DNA of 64,000 nt from a virus (taxonomy: Duplodnaviria; Caudoviricetes), in IMG/VR virus record IMGVR_UViG_3300033074_000711, positions 91,931-155,930 of that record; one strand, written 5' to 3'. The notes under the pieces were generated by a model, which had not been told where the DNA came from, made no database searches, and worked only from the letters and a program-made list of their open reading frames with translations. Within the stretch, counting starts at the first letter, position 1. Every line of letters begins with the position of its first letter. Shown here piece by piece: positions 56,783-64,000 of the stretch. Made by a program: the position numbers and the translations under genes.

Positions 56783-57172
56783 ATGGAATTCGGTCAAAGA
56801 ATAAAAGAAATGAGAATGAGCAGAAACATTAGTTTAAGGCAGTTTTGTAGAAATACAGGGTTTAAACCGAACATGTGGGTCAGAATAGAAGATTGCCTCA
56901 CATATCCGAATGAAAAAATATTACCAATTGTAGCAAAAGGATTGGGCTTAAGTGAGTTTGATTTAGATTATTTAACATTACATCATGAAATACTTTCTGA
57001 TAATTTAGAACGTATTGAAAATTATAATACTGTTGAATATATTAAAATATTTTTGCAAGTATTGTCAGATGCTGAACAAAAAAAACCAACAGAAGAACAA
57101 TTAGAAAAATTTGAACAAATGTTAATTAGTTTTTTTCAAAATGTTAATGGAGATAAAAGTGAGAATAAATAG
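56783..57172 (+). CDS. XRE-family HTH protein
   Basis: FGQRIKEMR..RNISLRQFC...W.RIE; KKPT.EQLE. Confidence 0.75.
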   Translation: MEFGQRIKEMRMSRNISLRQFCRNTGFKPNMWVRIEDCLTYPNEKILPIVAKGLGLSEFDLDYLTLHHEILSDNLERIENYNTVEYIKIFLQVLSDAEQKKPTEEQLEKFEQMLISFFQNVNGDKSENK

Positions 57173-57239
57173 AAAAGTTTATTGTAAATATGTTGATGAA
57201 TCATTTTTTGGGATTTATTAAATTAAATTTGAGATAATA

Positions 57240-57485
57240 ATGACAAGAGAAGAAGCTATACAAGAAATTGAAAATAATATTAAAATATTTAAATTAACCG
57301 ATGAAGTGCGTGTATATGGAACAAAATCATGTAACACAAATTGCCCGTACTTTTTAGAAGATAAATATGTTTCTAATTTTTTTATATGTAAATTATTCAA
57401 TGCTGAATTAGTGAATGAAAGATTACCACAGTGTTTAGCTATTAAACCACAATACGAATATGTTATTAAAGATATGGATAAATAA
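57240..57485 (+). CDS. Cys4 small protein
   Basis: MTREEAI...C...CPY...CKLF...RLPQCL. Confidence 0.55.
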   Translation: MTREEAIQEIENNIKIFKLTDEVRVYGTKSCNTNCPYFLEDKYVSNFFICKLFNAELVNERLPQCLAIKPQYEYVIKDMDK

Positions 57486-57506
57486 AAAATAAAACGGAGA
57501 AATAAA

Positions 57507-57827
57507 ATGTTTATAGAATTAACGAGGAAAGGATATATATACTCAAATAAAACTATAACTTATAGTAAATTTACTATAAATATAAATACTATAGCTGGTT
57601 TAGAATCAACTACATTTTTTGATACTGCATCAACTTATGTGGTAAGAACACATGAACATTTAGACAATGAAAATGTAACTGAAACACCAGAAGAAATAAG
57701 AGAATTAATACGAAAAGAAATGAATAAACAAACAAGCATAATATCACCATCAATGTGGACTGGTGAATTTAGTGTGGTAGATTCAATTACGACTTATGGA
57801 GAAGGAGAAGTAAAAAATGGAAAATAA
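57507..57827 (+). CDS. hypothetical protein (FlbD-like pattern)
   Basis: MFIELT...ININ.I...V.ETPEEI. Confidence 0.5.
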   Translation: MFIELTRKGYIYSNKTITYSKFTININTIAGLESTTFFDTASTYVVRTHEHLDNENVTETPEEIRELIRKEMNKQTSIISPSMWTGEFSVVDSITTYGEGEVKNGK

Positions 57828-58029
57828 AAAAGTTTATTGTAAAAATTGCAAATATTGTGTAAAAAAATCAGGTGCATATATTTTTCCAGATACATATATT
57901 TGTATAAACAAACAAAATAAAATAGATACACCATTAGAACCAATTGCACCTTCAATTGAAAAAGTAAATAAAAATAATAACTGTACACTTTACACAGAAT
58001 GTATAATTTCTGAATTTTTTAATGAATAA
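57817..58029 (+). CDS. Cys-rich small protein, paralogue of 53069..53299
   Basis: KVYCKNCKY...DTPLE...IEKVNKNNNCTL. Confidence 0.6.
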   Translation: MENKKVYCKNCKYCVKKSGAYIFPDTYICINKQNKIDTPLEPIAPSIEKVNKNNNCTLYTECIISEFFNE

Positions 58030-58040
58030 AGAGGTTTTAA

Positions 58041-58448
58041 ATGAGATTTGGCGAAAAAATAAAACAATTAAGATTAGAACGTAATATCGGACTAAGAGAA
58101 TTTTGTGAAAGTATTAGTGTTGACCCAAGTAATTGGAGTAAGATAGAAAAAGGATATAAAAATTTTAATACTAAAGATACATTACTTTTTCATAGCATAA
58201 CAACGAATTTACAAATATCAAAAGAATCTGAATTATGGCAAGAATTATTTTTATTAAGCTACATTGATAATATTGATAGGGAAAAATTATTCGATGAAAA
58301 TTTACTAATAAAAAGTTTACCTTTTTGTTTATCAATCGATGGTAAAAAACCAACAGTAGAACAAATGGAAAATCTTTTAGATTTATTAAATAGTGAAATT
58401 GAAAATATGAGAAATAATATTAAACAAGAGGAGCAGAATGAAAAATGA
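58041..58448 (+). CDS. XRE-family HTH protein, paralogue of 56783..57172
   Basis: FGEKIKQLR.ERNIGLREFC...PSNWSKIEKG; KKPT.EQME. Confidence 0.75.
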   Translation: MRFGEKIKQLRLERNIGLREFCESISVDPSNWSKIEKGYKNFNTKDTLLFHSITTNLQISKESELWQELFLLSYIDNIDREKLFDENLLIKSLPFCLSIDGKKPTVEQMENLLDLLNSEIENMRNNIKQEEQNEK

Positions 58449-58710
58449 TAAATATGTAATGTTCCGTAATATAATGTATAATGAATTAGGTATTACGAAA
58501 GAAGATATTAGAGAATGGACTAAAGAAGCTGTAATAAAAACAGTAGGACAATATTTAGAAAGTTTTAATATTTCAGACTACATACAAAGACTTATTGATT
58601 ATCGAATAGAAAATGAATTGTTCAAAGGTAATGCTTATGATAGGATTATTCATTATATAGCGGATGATTTAACTGATAAATTAGAAATTAAAGTTAAAAA
58701 TGAAATATAA
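58438..58710 (+). CDS. hypothetical protein
   Basis: GAGGAG RBS. Confidence 0.55.
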   Translation: MKNDKYVMFRNIMYNELGITKEDIREWTKEAVIKTVGQYLESFNISDYIQRLIDYRIENELFKGNAYDRIIHYIADDLTDKLEIKVKNEI

Positions 58711-58733
58711 AATTTATTAAAACGGAGGAATAA

Positions 58734-58916
58734 ATGGAAGATAAAGAATTAATAGAAAACTTAAAAAATGCTAAAGTCATATGTAAAATAATTGACGATA
58801 TTCTTTTGCACTTTGAAGATTTAGATGTAATTAACTACCAATATGAAAAACTTCAAAATGCATTAATAGTACTACAGAGTGCCATAATTGAAAAATTAGA
58901 AGAGCTTGGTGAGTAA
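58734..58916 (+). CDS. hypothetical protein
   Basis: GGAGG RBS. Confidence 0.5.
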   Translation: MEDKELIENLKNAKVICKIIDDILLHFEDLDVINYQYEKLQNALIVLQSAIIEKLEELGE

Positions 58917-59352
58917 TAAAATGTTAACAGACAGATTTATTAAAATAACATTAACAGCGTGTTTTGTTTTTTTTTTAGCAATAACTATATTATTATCAAT
59001 CTATGTTAATTCTTATTTAACTGAAATTAAAATAATAACAAAGCAAGTAATTGTTGGTGAAATTTCAATAAAAGCTAACCTTTATACTTATAATATATAT
59101 GATTTAGATGGGAATTTTATATTAAAAACAGAGCAAACTAATACATATATACCAACAAATTCAAAAGTTTTATTGCGTATGGAAAATAAATATTGGGTTA
59201 AAGATTTCTTTTATAATGACATAGAACCAGAATTAATAAATAGCAGAATATCAGGTGTTAGAATTATTGAGGTCGGTGATAGAGATAGTAAACCAAGAAC
59301 TCACCGTCATTATGACGGTAGAATGTCACATAGTTATACAACAATTGAATAA
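58906..59352 (+). CDS. membrane-anchored hypothetical protein
   Basis: N-terminal TM helix. Confidence 0.5.
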   Translation: MVSNKMLTDRFIKITLTACFVFFLAITILLSIYVNSYLTEIKIITKQVIVGEISIKANLYTYNIYDLDGNFILKTEQTNTYIPTNSKVLLRMENKYWVKDFFYNDIEPELINSRISGVRIIEVGDRDSKPRTHRHYDGRMSHSYTTIE

Positions 59353-59432
59353 ATTAAAAGAGTAAAAAATTAAAAGTTAATGATTTATATATAGATTTAT
59401 AATATTAAAATTAAAAAAACAGGAGTTAAATA

Positions 59433-59711
59433 ATGAAAATATCAGAAATAGAAATAATAGAACTCGAAACAATAGCACATCGTTTTGGTCACAATGCATC
59501 TTTTAATGTTGTTATTAAAGGTGAAAGATTAACAGGGTATATATCATTCTCAACAGAATATTGGGGTTTTTATACAAGTTATGATTTAAGTACTTATTTT
59601 ACAACAATGCATGAAGCGGTCAAAAGCTTATTAAAAGAAGAGATGTCAGTAAAAAGTGATACAATTAAAGATATAGAATCTATATTAGAAAATATTGGAG
59701 AAAACAAATGA
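59433..59711 (+). CDS. hypothetical protein
   Basis: AGGAG RBS. Confidence 0.55.
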   Translation: MKISEIEIIELETIAHRFGHNASFNVVIKGERLTGYISFSTEYWGFYTSYDLSTYFTTMHEAVKSLLKEEMSVKSDTIKDIESILENIGENK

Positions 59712-60001
59712 AAAAATTATTTAATACAAACATATTAGAACAATATAAAATACAAGAATTATTAGAAATTATTAATAATTGTTTTGGCAAAAAAGCACAT
59801 TTACATAGTTGTAGTGAAGAAAACATTGATGGCTATTTATATGACCATATAAATATACAATTAGCAGAATATTTAGATAGTAATGATATGGAAGTTTTTA
59901 TAAATAAAATGCAGTCTAAATATTTATTAGAACATATGTATCATAAATTAGTTTTTTCAAATCAATTATTAACAGTAACATTTGCTGTATTAGGTGAATA
60001 A
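59708..60001 (+). CDS. hypothetical protein
   Basis: Operonic ORF. Confidence 0.5.
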   Translation: MKKLFNTNILEQYKIQELLEIINNCFGKKAHLHSCSEENIDGYLYDHINIQLAEYLDSNDMEVFINKMQSKYLLEHMYHKLVFSNQLLTVTFAVLGE

Positions 60002-60003
60002 AA

Positions 60004-60294
60004 ATGATAAAAAAATATAGAAAAAAGCCAGTTGTAATTGAAGCTATTCAATATAATAATTTAAATATTTCTGAGATTGAAAATTTTGTTGGTAAAAAAT
60101 TAAATAAAGAATTAGAAAACGTTAGTTCATATAATGCTAATATGTTACCGCCAATATTTAGTATAATTATAGAAACTCTAGAAGGTAATCATAAAGCATT
60201 ACCAGGTGATTATATAATTAAAGGCATACATGGTGAATTTTATCCTTGTAAACCAGATATATTTAAATTAACATACGAAGAAGTAGATGAGTAA
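60004..60294 (+). CDS. conserved phage protein (KKPVVIEA/PGDY family)
   Basis: YRKKPVVIEAIQ...TLEG...PGDYIIKG..GEFYPCKPDIF..TYE. Confidence 0.75.
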   Translation: MIKKYRKKPVVIEAIQYNNLNISEIENFVGKKLNKELENVSSYNANMLPPIFSIIIETLEGNHKALPGDYIIKGIHGEFYPCKPDIFKLTYEEVDE

Positions 60295-60595
60295 TCTTAA
60301 TATAAATACACCAGGATTTAAAGATAAAATATTAAAATATTCTAACTTAGATTTTAGTTTTAATTACAATGATTTATATGTTTATGGTTTAAAATTGTCT
60401 GAATTTGAACACGATTGGTTATGTTTTGAAAACAACGAACTTATTAAAGAAGTATTTAACTTAATAAATACTTATTTTACATATACAGATATAACAAATA
60501 TATTAACAATCGAATATCATTCTAAGCACTTAATAACTAAATATTATGATGGTGTTATTTTTATAAACTGTAAATTAAAAGATAAAAATGAATAA
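60287..60595 (+). CDS. hypothetical protein, tandem paralogue of next gene
   Basis: FK...LKY..L.F.F ... G..FI.CKLK.K.E. Confidence 0.6.
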   Translation: MSNLNINTPGFKDKILKYSNLDFSFNYNDLYVYGLKLSEFEHDWLCFENNELIKEVFNLINTYFTYTDITNILTIEYHSKHLITKYYDGVIFINCKLKDKNE

Positions 60596-60887
60596 TATAA
60601 AAGAAGACGAGTTTAAACAGAGAACATTAAAATACACCGATTTAAAATTTTATTTTCATAAAAATTGTTTATGGGTAGTTGGTGTAAAATCTTCAAAAGG
60701 TAAGCGTTTTTGGAGATATGTAGAAAATGATTTTTCAAAAGAGATAGTTAAATTAGTAGAAGAGTATTTTAATTATTCGTATGTAGATAATTTTATAAAA
60801 CCAGAATGCTCAGATGATGGTGTATTAAAAACAGTGCAAGGTGGTATTGTTTTTATAGATTGTAAATTAAAAAATAAAATGGAGTAG
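60588..60887 (+). CDS. hypothetical protein, tandem paralogue of previous gene
   Basis: Shares the same N- and C-terminal motifs as 60287..60595. Confidence 0.6.
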   Translation: MNNIKEDEFKQRTLKYTDLKFYFHKNCLWVVGVKSSKGKRFWRYVENDFSKEIVKLVEEYFNYSYVDNFIKPECSDDGVLKTVQGGIVFIDCKLKNKME

Positions 60888-60889
60888 TT

Positions 60890-61675
60890 ATGAATTTAAA
60901 AGATGTTAATGAATTATATATTAATGGTAAAATTGAATTACATTTAACTTTCCCACATCTAATAAAGAAATTAGAAAAACCACCAGATAAAATAGAAATT
61001 AAAAAACTTAATGTTTTTTATAAAAATAACTATATTGGTTATGTACCATATAAATTAACAAAAGAATTAATGGGTGAGTATTATGATAATCTTTTATTAA
61101 AACTATTAGAATTAATTAATAAACCAAGATATAACATTGCTATATCGGGTCCGCATTGTAGTGGTAAGAGTACATTAATAAATGAATTAAAAAAATTAGA
61201 TGAATGTAAAGAATTTTACTTTACCGAAAGCCCATCAACAAAAATGGTTGACAAAGTTAACCTATCAGAAAATAGTAATGATTCACAGCAATTATTATAT
61301 TTATTTAATACTGTTAAAACATTTGATGATACTATAGATAAAACAATAGTATATGATAGATGTGCATTTGATGTATATGTATATTCAAAATATTTATATA
61401 ATAAAAATAAAATAACAAAAGAAACTTATGATGATGTTTATAGAACACATAAGCGTTATTTAAAACAAATAAATAAAATAATATTATTATTAAATTATAG
61501 TAGATTAATATCAAATAATATTAGGTCAATGGATATAGAATATTTAAAAGAAATAAATAAGTTATTTTTAGAAACATTAGAAAAAGATGAACTATTAAAA
61601 AAGAAAGTTATTGTTATAGAAAGTAATAGTAGTGTAGAAGATAAGGTAAATGAATTTTTAAAAATATTACAATAA
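60890..61675 (+). CDS. P-loop nucleotide kinase (AAA_28-like) with extra N-domain
   Basis: GPHCSGKST, YDRCAFD..VY. Confidence 0.65.
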   Translation: MNLKDVNELYINGKIELHLTFPHLIKKLEKPPDKIEIKKLNVFYKNNYIGYVPYKLTKELMGEYYDNLLLKLLELINKPRYNIAISGPHCSGKSTLINELKKLDECKEFYFTESPSTKMVDKVNLSENSNDSQQLLYLFNTVKTFDDTIDKTIVYDRCAFDVYVYSKYLYNKNKITKETYDDVYRTHKRYLKQINKIILLLNYSRLISNNIRSMDIEYLKEINKLFLETLEKDELLKKKVIVIESNSSVEDKVNEFLKILQ

Positions 61676-61680
61676 TAATT

Positions 61681-62082
61681 ATGAAATCAAATCTTAATTG
61701 TGATAGTATTACTAAAATGGTTTTTGAAATTGGTGAAATTTTAAAATATTATTCACTTGATAGCTTGCGTCAAATTCATAGTGATTATATAATATCTTAT
61801 AGAGGTTATAAAAAACCACACATACGTAAGTTAATAAATAGTATAATAGTAACATTTGATTTTAGATTTGTTGGTGAGCATATATTTAGTGATTTATCAG
61901 GTAATAGTTATATTTTACCAAATTCATATGCTACTATTAATAAGCGTTATATGTTTAACTTACATATTAAAAATAACAGTATGTTATTATTAAATGGAAT
62001 TTTAAATAATAAAGAATATGATGATTTAGATATTTTAATAAAAGGTTATAATATGAATGATATAGTTAAAAAATATTTATGA
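61681..62082 (+). CDS. hypothetical protein
   Basis: ATGA overlap with methyltransferase. Confidence 0.5.
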   Translation: MKSNLNCDSITKMVFEIGEILKYYSLDSLRQIHSDYIISYRGYKKPHIRKLINSIIVTFDFRFVGEHIFSDLSGNSYILPNSYATINKRYMFNLHIKNNSMLLLNGILNNKEYDDLDILIKGYNMNDIVKKYL

Positions 62083-62807
62083 TAAAAATTATTAAACAAG
62101 ATAATTTAGAATTATTACAAACTTTACAAAATAATTCTATACAATTAATTTATTGTGATATTCTATATGGCACTGGCAATAAATTTAAAAATTACATTGA
62201 CTTGAAACCAATGCGAACAGAGATAGAAAATCATTATATACCACGTTTAATTGAAATGAAACGAGTTCTTAGTATTAATGGTTCAATATTATTACAAATG
62301 GATTATAGAATTAATCATTGGGTTCGGTGTTTATTAGATGATATATTTGGTTATAATAATTTTATTAATGAAATAATATGGCATTATAATTCAGCACCAA
62401 GAAAAAAGAATAACATTAGAAATAATCACGATACTATTTTATGGTATGCTAAAAATAATAACAATTATATTTTTAATGAAATAAGAGAACCATATTCAGA
62501 AACAGCACCAAGAGGATATGCTAAAGAAAAATATTATCACCCAGATGGTAAAGTTATAAGTAATGTTTGGCAAATAAATATGCTAGGTCAAAATGATAAA
62601 ACAGAACGATGCGGTTATGATACACAAAAACCAATTAAACTAATTGAAAGAATAATAACAATGTGCAGTAATGAAAATGATATAGTAGCTGATTTTTATT
62701 TAGGAAGTGGTACTACAGCGGTTGTATGTAAAAAATTAAATAGAAATTTTATAGGTTGTGATATAAACCAAGAAGCTGTTGATATTACTGTTAAGAGATT
62801 ATTGTAA
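62079..62807 (+). CDS. DNA amino-methyltransferase, beta class (m6A/m4C), atypical motif IV
   Basis: IQLIYCDILY, NEIIWHY, HDTILWY, YDTQKP..LIERII, DFYLGSGTT, RNFIGCD. Confidence 0.8.
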   Translation: MIKIIKQDNLELLQTLQNNSIQLIYCDILYGTGNKFKNYIDLKPMRTEIENHYIPRLIEMKRVLSINGSILLQMDYRINHWVRCLLDDIFGYNNFINEIIWHYNSAPRKKNNIRNNHDTILWYAKNNNNYIFNEIREPYSETAPRGYAKEKYYHPDGKVISNVWQINMLGQNDKTERCGYDTQKPIKLIERIITMCSNENDIVADFYLGSGTTAVVCKKLNRNFIGCDINQEAVDITVKRLL

Positions 62808-62897
62808 AATAAATAAAACATATTTATACATAATTCGTTATTAGGTGTATAAATATGTCGGTAATTGTTTATGATGTGTTTATGTGTTATATAAAAT

Positions 62898-62940
62898 AAA
62901 AAAAGCACGCTGTTTAATTAAAAATAACGTGCTTTATTAT
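62898..62940. terminator. probable bidirectional terminator between convergent units
   Basis: aaagcacg...cgtgcttt inverted repeat flanked by A/T runs. Confidence 0.6.
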
Positions 62941-62953
62941 TTAAAAGCTTTAA

Positions 62954-63340
62954 TTAACTAAAATCAAGATTATCTGCAACATTTTTTATATTTTTTAAAT
63001 TATTTTTTAACACTTCATTCATAGTTTCCAAATAGTCATTAACACCATCTCTATTCGGGCTTTCTATATCTTTGTCTTTATATGCACCTTTTTTATATTT
63101 TTGAACAGCATCTTTATACGTTTTTTCATAATATTTACATTCTGATGCAAAATTATTAATTGCTTCAAAATGTTTTTTATACTGCGAATATAATTTCGTA
63201 AACTCACTAATATTTTCTTCTAATCTCTCCAATATTTCTTCGTTTACTTCTTGGTTGGATTTTTCATTCAATTGACTTTCTAAAATCCTTTGAACTTTTT
63301 TAGTTCTTTGAATTAACTTTTTAATTTTTTGCTGTTCCAT
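62954..63340 (-). CDS. long-leader protein; paralogue of 22136..22495
   Basis: MEQQKIKKLIQRTKKVQRILESQLNE; body ends IKNVADNLDFS vs IKKIAEDLDW. Confidence 0.7.
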   Translation of the reverse strand: MEQQKIKKLIQRTKKVQRILESQLNEKSNQEVNEEILERLEENISEFTKLYSQYKKHFEAINNFASECKYYEKTYKDAVQKYKKGAYKDKDIESPNRDGVNDYLETMNEVLKNNLKNIKNVADNLDFS

Positions 63341-63383
63341 TTTTTACCTATTTTTTTATTATTTATAAATATTTTAATTAATA

Positions 63384-63728
63384 TTAATTCTTAACATACA
63401 TTGCTTTACCGAAACTTTTGTTAAACTTACGAGCATATTTGTCTATAAGATTTAACACTTCTTCTTTAGAATTAAAGTATCTTAAATAAAATTTTTGAAG
63501 AAATTTATACAAATCAATATCACCATACTTATAATATTCTACATAAAGTATTATTGCAATTTCAGCGTCTTTTAATCCATTTGTAAAATCTTCAAAAGCA
63601 TTACGTGCATCAATGTAAATGCTTTGTTTATTTGCCCAGTGTTTAGATGAAACTAACATAGCCGCAAATGCATCTGCTGGTGAAGAAAATTTATTGCCAT
63701 TTTCTTTTAATACTTCTTGTATCTTCAT
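63384..63728 (-). CDS. short-leader protein (MKIQEVLKE)
   Basis: Leader ending LKE. Confidence 0.6.
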   Translation of the reverse strand: MKIQEVLKENGNKFSSPADAFAAMLVSSKHWANKQSIYIDARNAFEDFTNGLKDAEIAIILYVEYYKYGDIDLYKFLQKFYLRYFNSKEEVLNLIDKYARKFNKSFGKAMYVKN

Positions 63729-63790
63729 ATTATTTTTTTAATCTTTGTTTTGTTTAATAAAGCTTCTAATTGTTTTTTATTCTTTTTCAT
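63725..63790 (-). CDS. stand-alone 21-aa leader peptide ORF
   Basis: MKKNKKQLEALLNKTKIKKII*; AGGGA RBS, late motif at 63830-63838; ATGA overlap with 63728 start; absent from the ORF track. Confidence 0.55.
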   Translation of the reverse strand: MKKNKKQLEALLNKTKIKKII

Positions 63791-64000
63791 TATATAGTTC
63801 CCTATTTTAATTTAAAAATAATTATATTAATAAATATAAAAAAAAATAAAAACTTATAATAATTATTCATAATTTTCTTCATATAAATCACAAGCATATT
63901 TATAACCTCCCAATTATATACTATTATATGTTAGCATATTTTTCTCTATTATTTAAAGTTAATTGTTAACGTTATCATATCCTTTGTTATTGAGAAGCGT

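Noticed and set aside
60004-60294. Calling this Tad2
   Set aside because: Lacks the Tad2-type F..AL...K.G..V.R.GW and D.LA.DW motifs
1270-62908. Antisense or alternate-frame ORFs in the track (e.g. 1270-1626, 8455-8844, 27357-27764, 40518-41081, 56542-56727, 62696-62908)
   Set aside because: Shadows of well-supported genes; no RBS or motifs
1-64000. Genome-wide stop-codon reassignment (TGA or TAG)
   Set aside because: Long conserved genes are intact in code 11 and Trp is TGG. TGA ends queC, sbcCD and the GT2 at the expected places. Only one internal TGA was found.
2798-64000. DGR template repeat, reverse transcriptase or Avd
   Set aside because: No second copy of the VR and no RT motif in any ORF in this window

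Overview
A 64 kb piece of a very AT-rich large or jumbo myovirus-like phage genome. It uses the standard genetic code and Shine-Dalgarno RBSs, and is almost entirely + strand until a convergent switch at about 62.9 kb. Left to right: (1) a probable capsid-spike/fibre module: Rcc01079-like spike base, small adapter, a C-type-lectin protein ending in a DGR-type variable repeat, and a LamG fibre; (2) a gp55-like sigma factor and a baseplate/tail block (gp5-like, gp25, gp6, LamG and paralogous virion proteins); (3) resolvase, primase, a fused SbcD-SbcC nuclease, Rnl1-PNK RNA repair and a short RecQ; (4) a compositionally foreign island of about 5.8 kb for 7-deazaguanine synthesis (queD, queC, queE, folE2, dcd/dut, TGT/DpdA-like barrel, P-loop kinase); (5) phoH, glf plus two glycosyltransferases, a degenerate tRNA, a Tad1-like sponge, a domain-shuffled array of small genes and an atypical DNA methyltransferase. 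Two repeated promoter classes are visible: sigma70-like TTTACT-N17-TATATT and a putative late TATATTTAT. The most notable unexplained structures are a reusable N-terminal leader ending in L[NK]E, fused to unrelated cargo (candidate capsid-targeting/injection tag); an apparently DGR-diversified, branched head-spike fibre; near-complete GATC avoidance that is broken only in recently acquired DNA; and [ST]GS enrichment in virion proteins. All family calls are motif recognition by eye, with no database searches.
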